57,171 bases of DNA from a candidate division WWE3 bacterium RIFOXYD1_FULL_43_17 (GTDB taxonomy: Bacteria > Patescibacteriota > WWE3 > UBA101185 > UBA10185), in the NCBI GenBank assembly GCA_001773385.1, contig MEWJ01000020.1, positions 1 through 57,171 of the forward strand, written 5' to 3'. Within the stretch, counting starts at the first letter, position 1. Every line of letters starts with the position of its first letter. The position numbers were made by a program, and so were the translations under genes. Below, piece after piece: positions 16,167-27,089 of the stretch. Below the pieces are notes generated by a model. The model was not told where the DNA came from, did not search any database, and was given only the letters and a program-made list of their open reading frames with translations.

Positions 16167-16840
16167 TTTTCGACAACTGCTTTCAGAATAAGCGATCTTC
16201 CCAGTGCCGGAAACAGTCTTGCAAGAAACGAGGAGGAAATGGAACCGGAAAAATTCACAACATCAGACGTTCTTACAGAAATACTAAATCCGTGCAGCTT
16301 TAAAAAATCCCGCAGCAGGTCATAAGTAAAATACCTCAGATGTCCCGCAGCAACTTCTCCGGGGTGTGTGTACGATGCTTCGAAAAACGGATTTCTTCCC
16401 AGGAATAATAACGCTCTCCTGGCTAACGATGCTGTGTTGGGGGTAGTAAGAACCAAAAAACCGTCCTTTTTTAAAATTCTTTTGAGCTCTTCGATAAAAC
16501 CATCGGTATTCACAAGGTGCTCTATAACCTCTCCGGCGAATACAACATCAAACATACTATCTACGTAAGGTAACTTTTCTTCGATGTTTACTTTTGCAAA
16601 TTGAATTCCTGCTCCGGTAAATTCACCTGCAAATGCGTCTGTTGCATCAGCTGCCCAAACTTCGTTTCCCAACTCTTTTATTTTTTTACTTATTTTTCCG
16701 TTATAGGCTCCGATGTCCAATACTTTTTTATTTTTGCCGATCAGTTCTAAGGCTGTAGCAATTCTTATATTTTCGGGTTTTGAAATTCCCGCCCAACGCG
16801 CATCGGAATATTTCATTTCGGAAAAAGTTCCTGAGTTCAT
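16163..16840 (-). CDS. Class I SAM-dependent methyltransferase
   Basis: 225 aa. VLDIGAYNGKIS (motif I) and FDVVFAGEVIEHL, then LKKDGFLVLTTPN. Confidence 0.8.
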   Translation of the reverse strand: MNSGTFSEMKYSDARWAGISKPENIRIATALELIGKNKKVLDIGAYNGKISKKIKELGNEVWAADATDAFAGEFTGAGIQFAKVNIEEKLPYVDSMFDVVFAGEVIEHLVNTDGFIEELKRILKKDGFLVLTTPNTASLARRALLFLGRNPFFEASYTHPGEVAAGHLRYFTYDLLRDFLKLHGFSISVRTSDVVNFSGSISSSFLARLFPALGRSLILKAVVEK

Positions 16841-17706
16841 TTTTTTACTCCTTTTAATGCCACGGCCATTGTTGATTTAGTCAATGCAAATTTTTTGTCG
16901 TTAAAACTGTCTACCCTCTTTAGAAAGTTGAACCCTGTATTTAGTATAAAAGAAGAAAGGCTTCGGTGTTTTTCAGGCTCTCCTCTCCACTCGAATTTTT
17001 CCATCGCTCTTTTAACGTCTTCGGGAACGGGTAGTTTTGTGTACAGGTTTTTACCCAGCCAAAGAATTAAATGATTAAAGGGGACGCCGAAGTGAGTTAA
17101 AACCCTCAAATCTTCCGTTAAAAAACCCGCGTTTTCAGCCAAACCCCGCAACTCCGAAGGAAGGTACAGGCGCTTGTGGTCCTTTGCCCAAATCCCGCCC
17201 CAAAAACCGCTCATGGGGCTGAAGTGCCCCAATCCAAGGCTTTCGCGGACCTTATTCAGCGGATCCCATAATAAAGGATAGTTTTTGTTGGGCACTGTTA
17301 TAGCAATGACGCCGCCCGGCTTTAAAACACGGTAAAGTTCTTTTATTGCGGTCTTATCATCATCTATGTGCTCCAATACTTCGGTACAAACAATTTTATC
17401 GAAAGAGCTATCGGGAAACCTTAATTTTGTTATGTCCCCCTGCTCGAGAGTGACATTGCTTCTTCCGTCCAGCCATTTGTGGGCGAGGGCAAGAATTTCC
17501 GGATCAAAGTCGACAGCAGTGATTTTGCAATCGTACAAATTGTCTAAAACCATAGAATAAAATCCTTCTCCGCACCCCATATCCAGAATGTTATCTCCCG
17601 GCTGTATGTCTGAATAATCAAGCATGGTTATAACACGGCGTTTAAAATTTAAATCTCCGGTCTTTGATAAAATCTTCTGAAGTTTAGTGTCTATTTCTTT
17701 ATTCAT
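16837..17706 (-). CDS. Class I SAM-dependent methyltransferase
   Basis: 289 aa. ILDMGCGEGFYS, FDKIVCTEVLEHIDD and LKPGGVIAITVPN. Confidence 0.8.
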   Translation of the reverse strand: MNKEIDTKLQKILSKTGDLNFKRRVITMLDYSDIQPGDNILDMGCGEGFYSMVLDNLYDCKITAVDFDPEILALAHKWLDGRSNVTLEQGDITKLRFPDSSFDKIVCTEVLEHIDDDKTAIKELYRVLKPGGVIAITVPNKNYPLLWDPLNKVRESLGLGHFSPMSGFWGGIWAKDHKRLYLPSELRGLAENAGFLTEDLRVLTHFGVPFNHLILWLGKNLYTKLPVPEDVKRAMEKFEWRGEPEKHRSLSSFILNTGFNFLKRVDSFNDKKFALTKSTMAVALKGVKK

Positions 17707-18892
17707 CTTCTTTGTAGGCGTCAGTTATTATTTTGGCATTAGAAAATCCAAGATATTTCAACGCGTACTCTCTACAATTCTTAATACTATCTTCATCTTT
17801 AGGATGGGAAAGTAAACCCTGCAAAGTATTTATTAAAATTTCTTCATTTATAACTGCAGGCATGTAATGAGCTACCTCTTTAGTTAAAAAAGTCGGAGGC
17901 GAACCGCGCTCGGGTATTACAGGCACAGTACCTGACGCAACGGATTCACAAAGAGTTATTGAGTAACCCTCGTCGTACAAGTAAGGTGAAACGAAGTAAT
18001 CTGCGAGGGAATAGAGGTCCAGCATGGTTGAGCACTGTTTGGGGTCACTTTGGTTCAATATTCCCATATACTCTACATTTGCACTTTTTGAAACTAGAGA
18101 ATCTACTTCATGCTGAAGCTGACCCGCCCCTACCAGATAAAAATTCGCCTCTTTTATTTTTTCAGCAGCCTTTAAATATAGAAGGACACCTTTTTTCTCT
18201 ATAAATCTTGAAATCATTAAGAAATTTATTTTCTTGTCCGAAGTTATAGAAAGTTTTTGACGGTCGCGTGGTTTGAATACATCGGTGTCTACCCAATTTC
18301 TGAATGCCTCAATCTTTCTTGCGGGCAACCCGATTTTAATTAACTCCTGCTTAGAAACCTCAGACACCGCGAGAATTTTGTCGTAAAAAAATAATATCCC
18401 CGCCACTAATAATTTCAGTAAACGTTTTCTGTTCTCAAACGAATATATGGCGTGCGTGCTTACAACCATTCTTTTGTTGACGAATAATTTACAAAACAAT
18501 CCGATAGTCGCGGCAACCAATCCGTGGGCGTGAATAACATCTATGTGCTTATGATTTACCATATAAAAAAGCATGGATTTGATAAAAAGGCCGGGGAATA
18601 CATAGGTGAATACCAAAGGAAATTTTGTCTCAAGCTGCTCGAATAAACCAGTGCCAAACCACTGCAAACGGTGAACTTCGAAATTTTCGCCATATTCTCT
18701 TCTTGCACCCTTTGTTTTTGACGCAAGAGGCTGATAAGTGAGCACAATGGAGTAATAATCATTCTTCCCCAGGTATTCTATTAAACGGTCAAGATGGGTT
18801 TCAACTCCTCCGATATTAGGTCTAAAAAACGGACAGATTATAAGTACGTTTTTTTTCTTCTTTTTAAGCGTTTCTTTTTGCTCCGGTTCCAC
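17699..18892 (-). CDS. GT4-family glycosyltransferase
   Basis: 397 aa with a GTG start. LIICPFFRPNIGGVETH N-terminus and YDEGYSITLCESVASGTVPVI C-terminal motif. Confidence 0.75.
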   Translation of the reverse strand: MEPEQKETLKKKKKNVLIICPFFRPNIGGVETHLDRLIEYLGKNDYYSIVLTYQPLASKTKGARREYGENFEVHRLQWFGTGLFEQLETKFPLVFTYVFPGLFIKSMLFYMVNHKHIDVIHAHGLVAATIGLFCKLFVNKRMVVSTHAIYSFENRKRLLKLLVAGILFFYDKILAVSEVSKQELIKIGLPARKIEAFRNWVDTDVFKPRDRQKLSITSDKKINFLMISRFIEKKGVLLYLKAAEKIKEANFYLVGAGQLQHEVDSLVSKSANVEYMGILNQSDPKQCSTMLDLYSLADYFVSPYLYDEGYSITLCESVASGTVPVIPERGSPPTFLTKEVAHYMPAVINEEILINTLQGLLSHPKDEDSIKNCREYALKYLGFSNAKIITDAYKEDE

Positions 18893-18899
18893 TGAGGAA

Positions 18900-18905
18900 A
18901 TTATA
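18900..18905 (-). promoter_or_regulatory. Perfect -10 hexamer 7 nt upstream of GTG 18892
   Basis: The minus strand reads TATAAT then TTCCTCA then GTG. No SD. Confidence 0.3.
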
Positions 18906-18939
18906 CATTAGGGCGCAATGGGTGATTTTTAAACACCCG

Positions 18940-18948
18940 TGATATATT
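18940..18948 (+). promoter_or_regulatory. Extended -10 element 9 nt upstream of ATG 18958
   Basis: TGaTATATT. No SD. Back-to-back with the 18900 element in a 65-nt divergent spacer. Confidence 0.3.
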
Positions 18949-18957
18949 TTAAACACG

Positions 18958-19791
18958 ATGATAAATTTCAGCGATGGCGTGGAAGCCAAAATCGAAAATT
19001 ATTTAAAGGACGCATACAAAAATGTGGCAGCCGGAGAAAAGCAGTTTGAAAGTTTTGTAAAATCAGCGCTTTCCGAAAATAACTCGGTTACGCAGATAAA
19101 ATGGTTGAGGGACAACGTGGGTTTAAAGAAGGAGCACGCTGTGCTTGACTACGGATCGGGAACGGCAAATCTGGTTGTTACCGGGAATATTGATGGCTAC
19201 AAGTTCCGGGGATTCGAAGTAGATGAAAGACTTTACGATATCGGAAGAACGCTTTGTGCTGGTAACGGTGTGGACCCGGACTCTATTTCATTTGAAACCC
19301 ACGGGATGCTGCCTTACGAAGATAATACTTTCGACTTAGTATCTTCGTTTTTTGTGTATGAACATGTGATGGATACTAGAACATATTTGGAACAGGGAGT
19401 TAGAGTGTTAAAAAAAGGCGGAAAGTTTGTAATCTTCACATGCAATTATCAACTGATGTATGAATTCCATTACGGCTTGTTTCTTCCCTTGTTCAGCAAA
19501 GTATTCACTAAATTTATTCTGAGAGTATTGGGAAGAAACCCGGAGTTTATTGACGGGATAAATATGGTTACTCCGGATAAGTTTTTAAAAAATATTGGAG
19601 AATTACACGGAGTGGATATTAAAACCGACAATATCGGAATAAGAGAGTATGTTCCGAATCTTACTAATAAAGAGCAACACGGGGGTTTATTTATTAGAGT
19701 TGCCTCCGTTTTGCAAACGCTCGGGTTGCTGAGTTTTTTAGCCAAACTGGGATTTTATAACCCGCTGATTTACGTTATTACGAAAAACTAG
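18958..19791 (+). CDS. Class I SAM-dependent methyltransferase
   Basis: 277 aa. VLDYGSGTANL, FDLVSSFFVYEHV and LKKGGKFVIFT. Confidence 0.7.
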   Translation: MINFSDGVEAKIENYLKDAYKNVAAGEKQFESFVKSALSENNSVTQIKWLRDNVGLKKEHAVLDYGSGTANLVVTGNIDGYKFRGFEVDERLYDIGRTLCAGNGVDPDSISFETHGMLPYEDNTFDLVSSFFVYEHVMDTRTYLEQGVRVLKKGGKFVIFTCNYQLMYEFHYGLFLPLFSKVFTKFILRVLGRNPEFIDGINMVTPDKFLKNIGELHGVDIKTDNIGIREYVPNLTNKEQHGGLFIRVASVLQTLGLLSFLAKLGFYNPLIYVITKN

Positions 19792-19793
19792 AG

Positions 19794-21980
19794 TTACCTC
19801 TGTATCACTTCTATTCCCTGATCGGTCCAGATTATGAAGGGATTGTTAAGAACGCCCATTTTCATGAGCTCGTTGATAGGGGCGCTTAGATCAAAACCTT
19901 CTTCGGTTGTTTTTACGTCGATGGGAAATTCTTTTTCTACATCGGCTGAGTATGAGGTGATAAATTTTGCAGTTCCGGGTGTTTGATACAGGATTGAGTA
20001 TTTATTTTCGTTTAGTATGTCTTTGTTGAGGAATGTTAGGGGGATTTCGGTGTCTCCGGTCACCAACTTTACCTCTAAAAAAATACTAGGTTCTGTACCC
20101 ACAACCCTCGCAATAACAAAATTTTCATGCAGCGGAGGCATACCTAAAGGTACTTCGAATATTTTTGTACCGTCACTACTTGAACAGCCGGGGAATTTAA
20201 GAATCTCGATCGATTCCGTAATTATTGCATTTTGTTCAGCCTCGTCACGTCCCAAACTGTAGATTTCCAAATTTATTGTTGCGGGTTCTGGGTTCGCGGT
20301 ACAGATTATTGCCAACTCTATTCTCGGCGCCTGCTGGCCTGCAAAGTCTGCAAAACTGAATATTGTAGAGAACGAGTTACTCTGGATGAGGGGTAGTATT
20401 CCTGGATTTCTTAACAAAATTTCAATCGTAGGCTCGATTTTGCCAGAAATAATAGCGAAATTTCCACTATCTTCGAACGCACTTAATGGACGATTGATAA
20501 TCTTCTGAGCCCCCTGATTATACGTCAAGTAACCGTCGGCAAATACTTTAGAAATACCATTGTAAAAATGAGGGCGAAATAGAACGTTTTTCCCCCATTT
20601 CTTGCTATATGGAAATAGTACTATCTCCTTATTTAGCCCTATCAAAGGTTCATGAGAATATTTTATCGGCGTACCGTTTAAATAAATCGGGTAAGTAATG
20701 TTAAGGGTAAGGGTTAAAACCATAGACGCAATTATTATGCTTCCTTCTTTTTTGTTGAACAACGTGACAAGAACTATTTTTCTATTTCTCATATATACCA
20801 GAGAAAGCATTAAGAAAGACAAGCTCCCTATCAAAAAACTGATCATGTTTTCAACCTCCACGAAGGCTAGCAGGGCGGTGGTAACCCACATTACTGCAAC
20901 CACTGCCCACTTGATAAAATCATTTTTTAGACTAAATGCCCTAAATTTATTAACGGAATTTCCGATAATTGAAATAAAACTCGGAAGAGTTACTAAAACT
21001 GCAAATATCCCTAAAATATAGTTGTAACCCAGAAAACCTAGCTTAAAGATATTCTTCGACATTACAACTTGAGGAAAATTTGTCGGGTTTAGTGTGTTTA
21101 ATATATAGCTAGCTGCATACCCAGAGTCACCCATTAATGCCCCCCTTACGCCCAATGCGTAGATAATAGGTATATAAAGTGTCGAGATAATAAAAAATAT
21201 AAAAATAATAACGTCAAAGTTTTTTCTAATAAAATTAAGGGGGCGGCGGTACACCACTACGAAGAGTTCTTTTGTAAAATTGCTTCTCGATCTTGAACCT
21301 AAAAGAACTAACAACCTCCCAGCTAGAAGCACAACAGTTAATAATGCAAACGCATAAATAGAACCCTCTAGTATTGAAGAATTTCTAAGTTTGTCTACAG
21401 TATCAAATACTGGCGTTTTTGATAAAGCGCCGCCACGCTCCAGAGTTACTTTATCCGCATCAGCCAATGCTTTAAAATAATTACCAAGTTTTAAGCGGTA
21501 CTCTGGAGTGACAAGAAGAATCTCCGGAACAACATAATAAGTAACTCCTCCGACAACAACCGGCCTAATTACCTCACCCAATATATTGGATGTAATAGAT
21601 TCATCGGGCTTTAACAAAGAAAAATTTATGTCTCTCAACGTGGTATAAGTGCATGGCGCAGGTAGCGCGGAGTTTAACAAATCGTCAGTGTCACATATTA
21701 ATATGATATTGCGATATGAGAACCCCGGAGAAAGTTTTTGCGAAGATAGCAGAAGAAGATAGCTGTCAGCACCAATAGTATTAACATTCTCTGGGGGCTC
21801 TACAACATAATTAATCCCGGCAGTATCTTCCTGAGTCTCAATTGTATCGATGGTAAGATTCCAAGACCTGAACAGCTCTTTGTAGTAGTCTACGGAGTTG
21901 CTTGCCATTGTACCGGAACTCAAAAATGCAATTCCCAAAAGAGCAAAAAATAGTGTAAATTTCGTAATACTTTTATTCAT
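19794..21980 (-). CDS. Large membrane protein of unknown function (signal-like N-terminus, central multi-TM block, soluble C-terminal domain)
   Basis: 728 aa. FTLFFALLGIAFLSSG signal-like segment, then ~200 aa soluble, ~8 helices and a ~270-aa soluble C-terminus. No recognisable motif. Confidence 0.5.
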   Translation of the reverse strand: MNKSITKFTLFFALLGIAFLSSGTMASNSVDYYKELFRSWNLTIDTIETQEDTAGINYVVEPPENVNTIGADSYLLLLSSQKLSPGFSYRNIILICDTDDLLNSALPAPCTYTTLRDINFSLLKPDESITSNILGEVIRPVVVGGVTYYVVPEILLVTPEYRLKLGNYFKALADADKVTLERGGALSKTPVFDTVDKLRNSSILEGSIYAFALLTVVLLAGRLLVLLGSRSRSNFTKELFVVVYRRPLNFIRKNFDVIIFIFFIISTLYIPIIYALGVRGALMGDSGYAASYILNTLNPTNFPQVVMSKNIFKLGFLGYNYILGIFAVLVTLPSFISIIGNSVNKFRAFSLKNDFIKWAVVAVMWVTTALLAFVEVENMISFLIGSLSFLMLSLVYMRNRKIVLVTLFNKKEGSIIIASMVLTLTLNITYPIYLNGTPIKYSHEPLIGLNKEIVLFPYSKKWGKNVLFRPHFYNGISKVFADGYLTYNQGAQKIINRPLSAFEDSGNFAIISGKIEPTIEILLRNPGILPLIQSNSFSTIFSFADFAGQQAPRIELAIICTANPEPATINLEIYSLGRDEAEQNAIITESIEILKFPGCSSSDGTKIFEVPLGMPPLHENFVIARVVGTEPSIFLEVKLVTGDTEIPLTFLNKDILNENKYSILYQTPGTAKFITSYSADVEKEFPIDVKTTEEGFDLSAPINELMKMGVLNNPFIIWTDQGIEVIQR

Positions 21981-22380
21981 CTACAATCCTATCGTAAAAC
22001 ACATCTTTAAACGCTCCTAGAGCTAAGCATAGGTACACGAGCGTGGCAAAAAACTCAGCAATTTTATTAATTCCGAGAACGTGAAATAAAATGCAAGAAA
22101 CAAATAAAATTATGGCAAGAATATAAATGTGTTTTCGCTGAGACAGGAACCCATAAAAAAAAGCCCACAAACCTGCGAACGTCAGTGCTGCATATATAAC
22201 ACCAATAATACCGGATTTAATCATTACAAGTAAAAAAATTACTATTAATAAAAGGGGCGGTAATGTGGTACTAAACTTTTTCGCGCCAACGACACGCACA
22301 AAGAAAGTATCTATCGGAAGAAACAGTAAGATAAAGAAGACTAAATAAAGTATGTAAATAAGCGCGTTAAACGACATCAT
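21973..22380 (-). CDS. Small 4-helix membrane protein, unknown function
   Basis: 135 aa, almost entirely hydrophobic. 8-nt overlap with the start of the downstream gene. Confidence 0.5.
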   Translation of the reverse strand: MMSFNALIYILYLVFFILLFLPIDTFFVRVVGAKKFSTTLPPLLLIVIFLLVMIKSGIIGVIYAALTFAGLWAFFYGFLSQRKHIYILAIILFVSCILFHVLGINKIAEFFATLVYLCLALGAFKDVFYDRIVDE

Positions 22381-22413
22381 AGGTATGTTATCACAAGTTG
22401 AAGACGCCTCTGG

Positions 22414-24099
22414 TCATTCAACTTCCGTTCCAAATATTATTACACCGCCCTGAGAATACAAAGGGACACCTAAATGAGCGATAAAGAATCTGTATATATC
22501 CTCCCTCGAACTGATCCCCGGGTTTATCTCCTTAATACTTTCTAAAGAATCGTCGGAAATTTTATTAGAATAATAAATAAGATACTTTGGTCTGTTATTT
22601 AAAAACTCCTTTAGCCCTTCGTCTGAAATCAGACCACGTGAAAAGACATTGGTTTCGAAACCTGTCTCAAAATTTACTAAGTCCACTGGATTCATCAATA
22701 TATCCTCGTGGGATAATATCCAAAATATCGAGTAGAAGTCACCTTTAGGATACACCGCATAAGAAACACTGGTGGGAAATTTTTCCTTCACAAACGCAAT
22801 TTCGCTGGGCGGTTTATTTATATTTATAACTGGAATTTTTACCGTGAAAATAACAAAGTTTATAGCTATAAACAAGACAATGAAGAGAGTCTTTTGCCAT
22901 GTTTTTCCCGCCAAACTATATAAGTCCTGGACTAAGAATGAGTTGACTACCAGAATACAAAGGTATATTAATACCGACCACCTAACCAGTGTCCTGAACA
23001 CCGGTACTAAGTAATATAAGATATACGTAGGCGTGTAAATTTCTACACCGTTTACCGTAAACGATGGAGGTCCGGATATTAAAAGTATGCAAAGGATTAA
23101 AAAAAGACTGCGATAGATTGTAACCCTGTTAGCATAAACAGAATTGAATAATCCAAATTCCTTGTGTTTAAATTTTCTCATCAGTAAAAGCCACACAACT
23201 AGTGCGGCTCCGAAAATAAAATGCCAACCTAAGTAACTTCCAGCCATCTCTTGCTCTGTATAGTCGTCTGCAAGATAATATTTCGTGATTTCGATTTTCT
23301 TATGTACGTCTTCAGACAACTTTCCAAAAAATAGGGACTCCTTAGGGGGAATAAAGAAATACCACGGTCTAAAAGACAGGTTATACCAGTCTTCTACAGG
23401 CCTGAACACAACTTGCTTTTTTACAACAATCTCAGCATTCTGTACATCTTCGTAGTTTCCAAACAATGGAGTATTTACAAGGAACTGTTTCCCATAGACC
23501 GCTAAAAGCAAAGTCAAGATTGGGAGAACCAAGCAGATGGAATTGATGATAAATGATCTTACTGCGCGTTTGTATTCAACCCCAGCCAACATAATATTGA
23601 AGGCATTTAATAGAAGCGACACTATTAATGCAAAGAAACCGTAGTAATTGCTTATCATGAAAGAGGTGGCTACGAACAACCCGATCACAAGGGGTTTTGT
23701 GGCGCGCATGTAGAGAAAAAATGTAGCAGGAATAATAAATGTCATGTATAAAGCTGGCGTAACGGACTCTACCCTGTATATAAAATATATTGATGCGGAG
23801 TACAGCAAAGAAAATATTACTTGTAGGCTTCGGTGAATATTAAGTTTTCTGAACAACAAGTAACAAGCCGCAAAAGCTAAGAAGAATGCAACAATTACCA
23901 ACATATTATTTATGCAAACCGGATGCATGTATCTGTGCAAGAGACTGAATATAGTTTGAATTACAAAATCCGCATTTTTATCGGAAAGGTATATGTCGTC
24001 AGCGGGTCTAATTAAATTTGAGAAATACTTAAAATGGTATGCCAGAGTGTGGGCACTGTCGTTATACTGAAAGATAATGAACTGACAAACTTTATACAT
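22414..24099 (-). CDS. Polytopic membrane protein, GT-C/YfhO-like architecture, unassigned
   Basis: 561 aa. About 10 helices followed by a ~130-aa soluble C-terminus. The call rests on architecture only. Confidence 0.45.
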   Translation of the reverse strand: MYKVCQFIIFQYNDSAHTLAYHFKYFSNLIRPADDIYLSDKNADFVIQTIFSLLHRYMHPVCINNMLVIVAFFLAFAACYLLFRKLNIHRSLQVIFSLLYSASIYFIYRVESVTPALYMTFIIPATFFLYMRATKPLVIGLFVATSFMISNYYGFFALIVSLLLNAFNIMLAGVEYKRAVRSFIINSICLVLPILTLLLAVYGKQFLVNTPLFGNYEDVQNAEIVVKKQVVFRPVEDWYNLSFRPWYFFIPPKESLFFGKLSEDVHKKIEITKYYLADDYTEQEMAGSYLGWHFIFGAALVVWLLLMRKFKHKEFGLFNSVYANRVTIYRSLFLILCILLISGPPSFTVNGVEIYTPTYILYYLVPVFRTLVRWSVLIYLCILVVNSFLVQDLYSLAGKTWQKTLFIVLFIAINFVIFTVKIPVININKPPSEIAFVKEKFPTSVSYAVYPKGDFYSIFWILSHEDILMNPVDLVNFETGFETNVFSRGLISDEGLKEFLNNRPKYLIYYSNKISDDSLESIKEINPGISSREDIYRFFIAHLGVPLYSQGGVIIFGTEVE

Positions 24100-24115
24100 T
24101 TGGTATTTTTGCGTT

Positions 24116-26392
24116 TTATCCTTTTTTTAATAATTTTCCTTGAACAAGCTTTTCTCTAATAGAATATGAAATTAAAGCTATGAAAACGCCCGCCCAGACT
24201 ACTAAACCCACGTAAAGATATGACTGAGATCTATAGTAAAGTATAAGGTTAATATCGGTTCCCCCACTTTCATTGGTACTAATACAATCCTGGCACGTAT
24301 CTTTTAATTGTAGAGGGTCAATTATCCACCCGTTAGCATACTCATTCGCCACGAAGTGAGTATCGTTGAGAGTAGGTTTAGTGAACGCATACGTTAAATC
24401 GCGGGCATCAAAAAAATCGTTTGTAGAAATTGTGCCACTGTCGTAAGACTTTTTATCAGGAAATAAGAGCCAATCCTTGTCGTAATTTTTCAAAAAAACA
24501 AGTTCGGACTCATAATTCAGATTTTTTATTTGTATTTTGTATTTCAATGGTCCGATTTTATGAAATTCAATTACACCAAAATTTAAATATAGTAACGGCT
24601 TGGTACATTCTTCACGTAAGCTGTATAAAGATATAGCCCCGTTCTCAGTCTCAAAAGTATGAGCCTCCGAGATATCGTAATTTCTACTCAGTAAATCCTT
24701 GTATAACGAAGTAGGGATATCAGATTCTACATCTTCCCTTACAGCTATGTGGGTAACGCCCAAATCCCGCGCGTCACTGCAAATAGACGTTCCAGAGGTT
24801 ATGATGTCCTTATACAAATTTTCTCCAATACCACGGTAAGGAAGATTCGGTCCAATACCTTTTCTTAACGGCGACAATATGGAGTATCCCCAAACATTAG
24901 GTAAAAAGTCAGTTCCCAAATAATTGTTCAGTGCTGCATTAAACTTGTATTTACTCCCATTATTGGGAGCAGGGATCATAAAAATATTGCCTACGGTATC
25001 CCCATCTAAATAAGCTTTAGACTCAAAATAGTATTTTGGTATGTTTAAACCTTCCCATAACGGTCTGTACATAACAAAAGAGTAAGCTGAAAGTACTAAC
25101 GCAAAAAGGTAAATCATGTTCGTGGCCAAGCTAAATAGTCTGCTTTTACTTGACATAATTAGTGCGCCCAAGTAACTCAGAGTCACGGTGCTAAAAACAA
25201 AAACACCATAATACTTAGAAATAGGTCTTCTAAAAACTTTAAACCCAAAAACGTTATCATAAAACCAGTTAAACATTGCCGGAAGTGGGTAATTGGTACC
25301 TTTAGAAATGTATATGGAAATTATTAAAAGGGATAAAAATAAAATTAAATATTTACCTCGTTTTGCAATTAAGCCAATTAATGAAAAAATTATTAAGATT
25401 GGAAAAATTGTTAGATACGCAAATGAAACATAGTTTCGTGACTCCCCCACAGAATTGATTTGTCCTGACAAAATACTCAAGATAGACGCATTTTTCGACG
25501 CCACCTCTAACCCGGAAGTAAGGCTAGTCAAATCGTTCAAGTTGGCATAAATGGGTAGTATTGGCAAAAACGATAATATCCACCAACTGTTGGATAAAAA
25601 AAGTAGCAAAAAAACTAAAAACATTTTACTCACAAACTGTCGTATATCTTTTCTAAAAATTGCTGAGAATATTATCCCATATAGAAAAATTGTTATTAGG
25701 TTAACGTAGAAAACTCCCACATTAGAAAAAGATGGTGATGTTAGCGTAAAAATGCAAAACAACGCAAAAACATCTTTATACACAACCTTTCTGTCTTCTA
25801 AAACCTTATCGACTAACATAATAATTGCTGGTAACAAAGAGTAATTTATCAAGGCGTCAACGTGACCAGGAGAAATTAGCGACAAAAAAAATGGGGATGT
25901 GGCATAAAGTACGCAGCTTCCTACTAATATAAAACTATCGCCGGAACTTCTTTTGTTAAGTTTGAATCCTAGGTATCTTAACAGTGAGAACAAGCTAATC
26001 TGTGAAACAAATACAAGGATTGAAATATAAATGGCCGCACTCAAAGGACCATTAAGTCCTACTGCACTAAATGCAAGAAAAAGTAGACCTTTAGGAAATA
26101 AGGATGCTACCGAGAAAGATGAGTACCACCCATTATAAGTATTTATATCGTATACAGAAAATTGAGAGAAAAATGATCGCTTGACGTCGAAGAATGTTAC
26201 AAAGTCCCCCCTACCCACAATATCGTACTTCAGTTGACTTTGAAACCAGAGTAGGGGCGCTAATGCAACAACTAAAAATATCGTATACCTGATTATTAAA
26301 CTTTTGTTTCTGCGGCAAAATAACAATAACATTTTTTGATAATGACCTATCATATCCCCGCTGCTACTTTCTACATGTAATATACAGACCAC
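24116..26392 (-). CDS. Polytopic membrane protein with large extracytoplasmic domain, GT-C-like architecture, unassigned
   Basis: 758 aa. About 14 helices, a ~280-aa soluble region and a terminal anchor YVGLVVWAGVFIALISY. The track GTG start overlaps the upstream stop by 29 nt; ATG 26353 (MIGHYQK) is an alternative. Confidence 0.45.
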   Translation of the reverse strand: MVCILHVESSSGDMIGHYQKMLLLFCRRNKSLIIRYTIFLVVALAPLLWFQSQLKYDIVGRGDFVTFFDVKRSFFSQFSVYDINTYNGWYSSFSVASLFPKGLLFLAFSAVGLNGPLSAAIYISILVFVSQISLFSLLRYLGFKLNKRSSGDSFILVGSCVLYATSPFFLSLISPGHVDALINYSLLPAIIMLVDKVLEDRKVVYKDVFALFCIFTLTSPSFSNVGVFYVNLITIFLYGIIFSAIFRKDIRQFVSKMFLVFLLLFLSNSWWILSFLPILPIYANLNDLTSLTSGLEVASKNASILSILSGQINSVGESRNYVSFAYLTIFPILIIFSLIGLIAKRGKYLILFLSLLIISIYISKGTNYPLPAMFNWFYDNVFGFKVFRRPISKYYGVFVFSTVTLSYLGALIMSSKSRLFSLATNMIYLFALVLSAYSFVMYRPLWEGLNIPKYYFESKAYLDGDTVGNIFMIPAPNNGSKYKFNAALNNYLGTDFLPNVWGYSILSPLRKGIGPNLPYRGIGENLYKDIITSGTSICSDARDLGVTHIAVREDVESDIPTSLYKDLLSRNYDISEAHTFETENGAISLYSLREECTKPLLYLNFGVIEFHKIGPLKYKIQIKNLNYESELVFLKNYDKDWLLFPDKKSYDSGTISTNDFFDARDLTYAFTKPTLNDTHFVANEYANGWIIDPLQLKDTCQDCISTNESGGTDINLILYYRSQSYLYVGLVVWAGVFIALISYSIREKLVQGKLLKKG

Positions 26393-27089
26393 GAGAGAAT
26401 GCGGGGCCTAGCAACCGGTAAAGTACCTCTTCGAGCACCACATAGAGTCTAAGAAGCTTCTCGTTACTAGTCACGTAATACATAATATCTGGCATTTTGA
26501 AGCCCCTTTCTATATGTACGTCTCTAAAACCCAGGTCTTTCAAAACTGATCTTATACCCTTAATAGTGGTACCGTGCATTGGTAGTTTCCCTCTAGAAAA
26601 ATAGTTTAGTGAGCACCTGTTAGGAAGGGTAAATACTAACGTACCGTCTTTGCTTAACACTCTGTATATATCCCCCAGTATCCATTTCCAATTGCTATTA
26701 TACTTAAGCACTCTTATGCAGCTTATAAAATCAAATTTATCTGCCTCATATTCTATACCCTTCGAGATATCGTTGGTTTTAACTTCTCTAAAGCCGGGGT
26801 ATCCCGTGAGACTTTCTTTTACTACCGACACCATAGTGTCCGCTATGTCGACTCCATAATAACTAACGGAATCAAAAGAAATTAAGTTTTTCGAAATTCT
26901 TCCCGAACCCACACCAATATCTAACACACACACCTTGTTAGGATGCATCTCTTCAACAACTCCCTCTAACGTTTTTCTTACAAACGTTTCCTCGAAGTTG
27001 CTGATAACCTTCATTCCAGGGTTAACCCAGCCTTTTGAGTATTCCCCTCCAAGCTCATTATAAAATTTCTTTATAGAACTATTATTCAT
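26364..27089 (-). CDS. Class I SAM-dependent methyltransferase
   Basis: 241 aa. VLDIGVGSGRIS, FDFISCIRVLKY and LSKDGTLVFTLPN. Confidence 0.75.
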   Translation of the reverse strand: MNNSSIKKFYNELGGEYSKGWVNPGMKVISNFEETFVRKTLEGVVEEMHPNKVCVLDIGVGSGRISKNLISFDSVSYYGVDIADTMVSVVKESLTGYPGFREVKTNDISKGIEYEADKFDFISCIRVLKYNSNWKWILGDIYRVLSKDGTLVFTLPNRCSLNYFSRGKLPMHGTTIKGIRSVLKDLGFRDVHIERGFKMPDIMYYVTSNEKLLRLYVVLEEVLYRLLGPAFSRGLYITCRK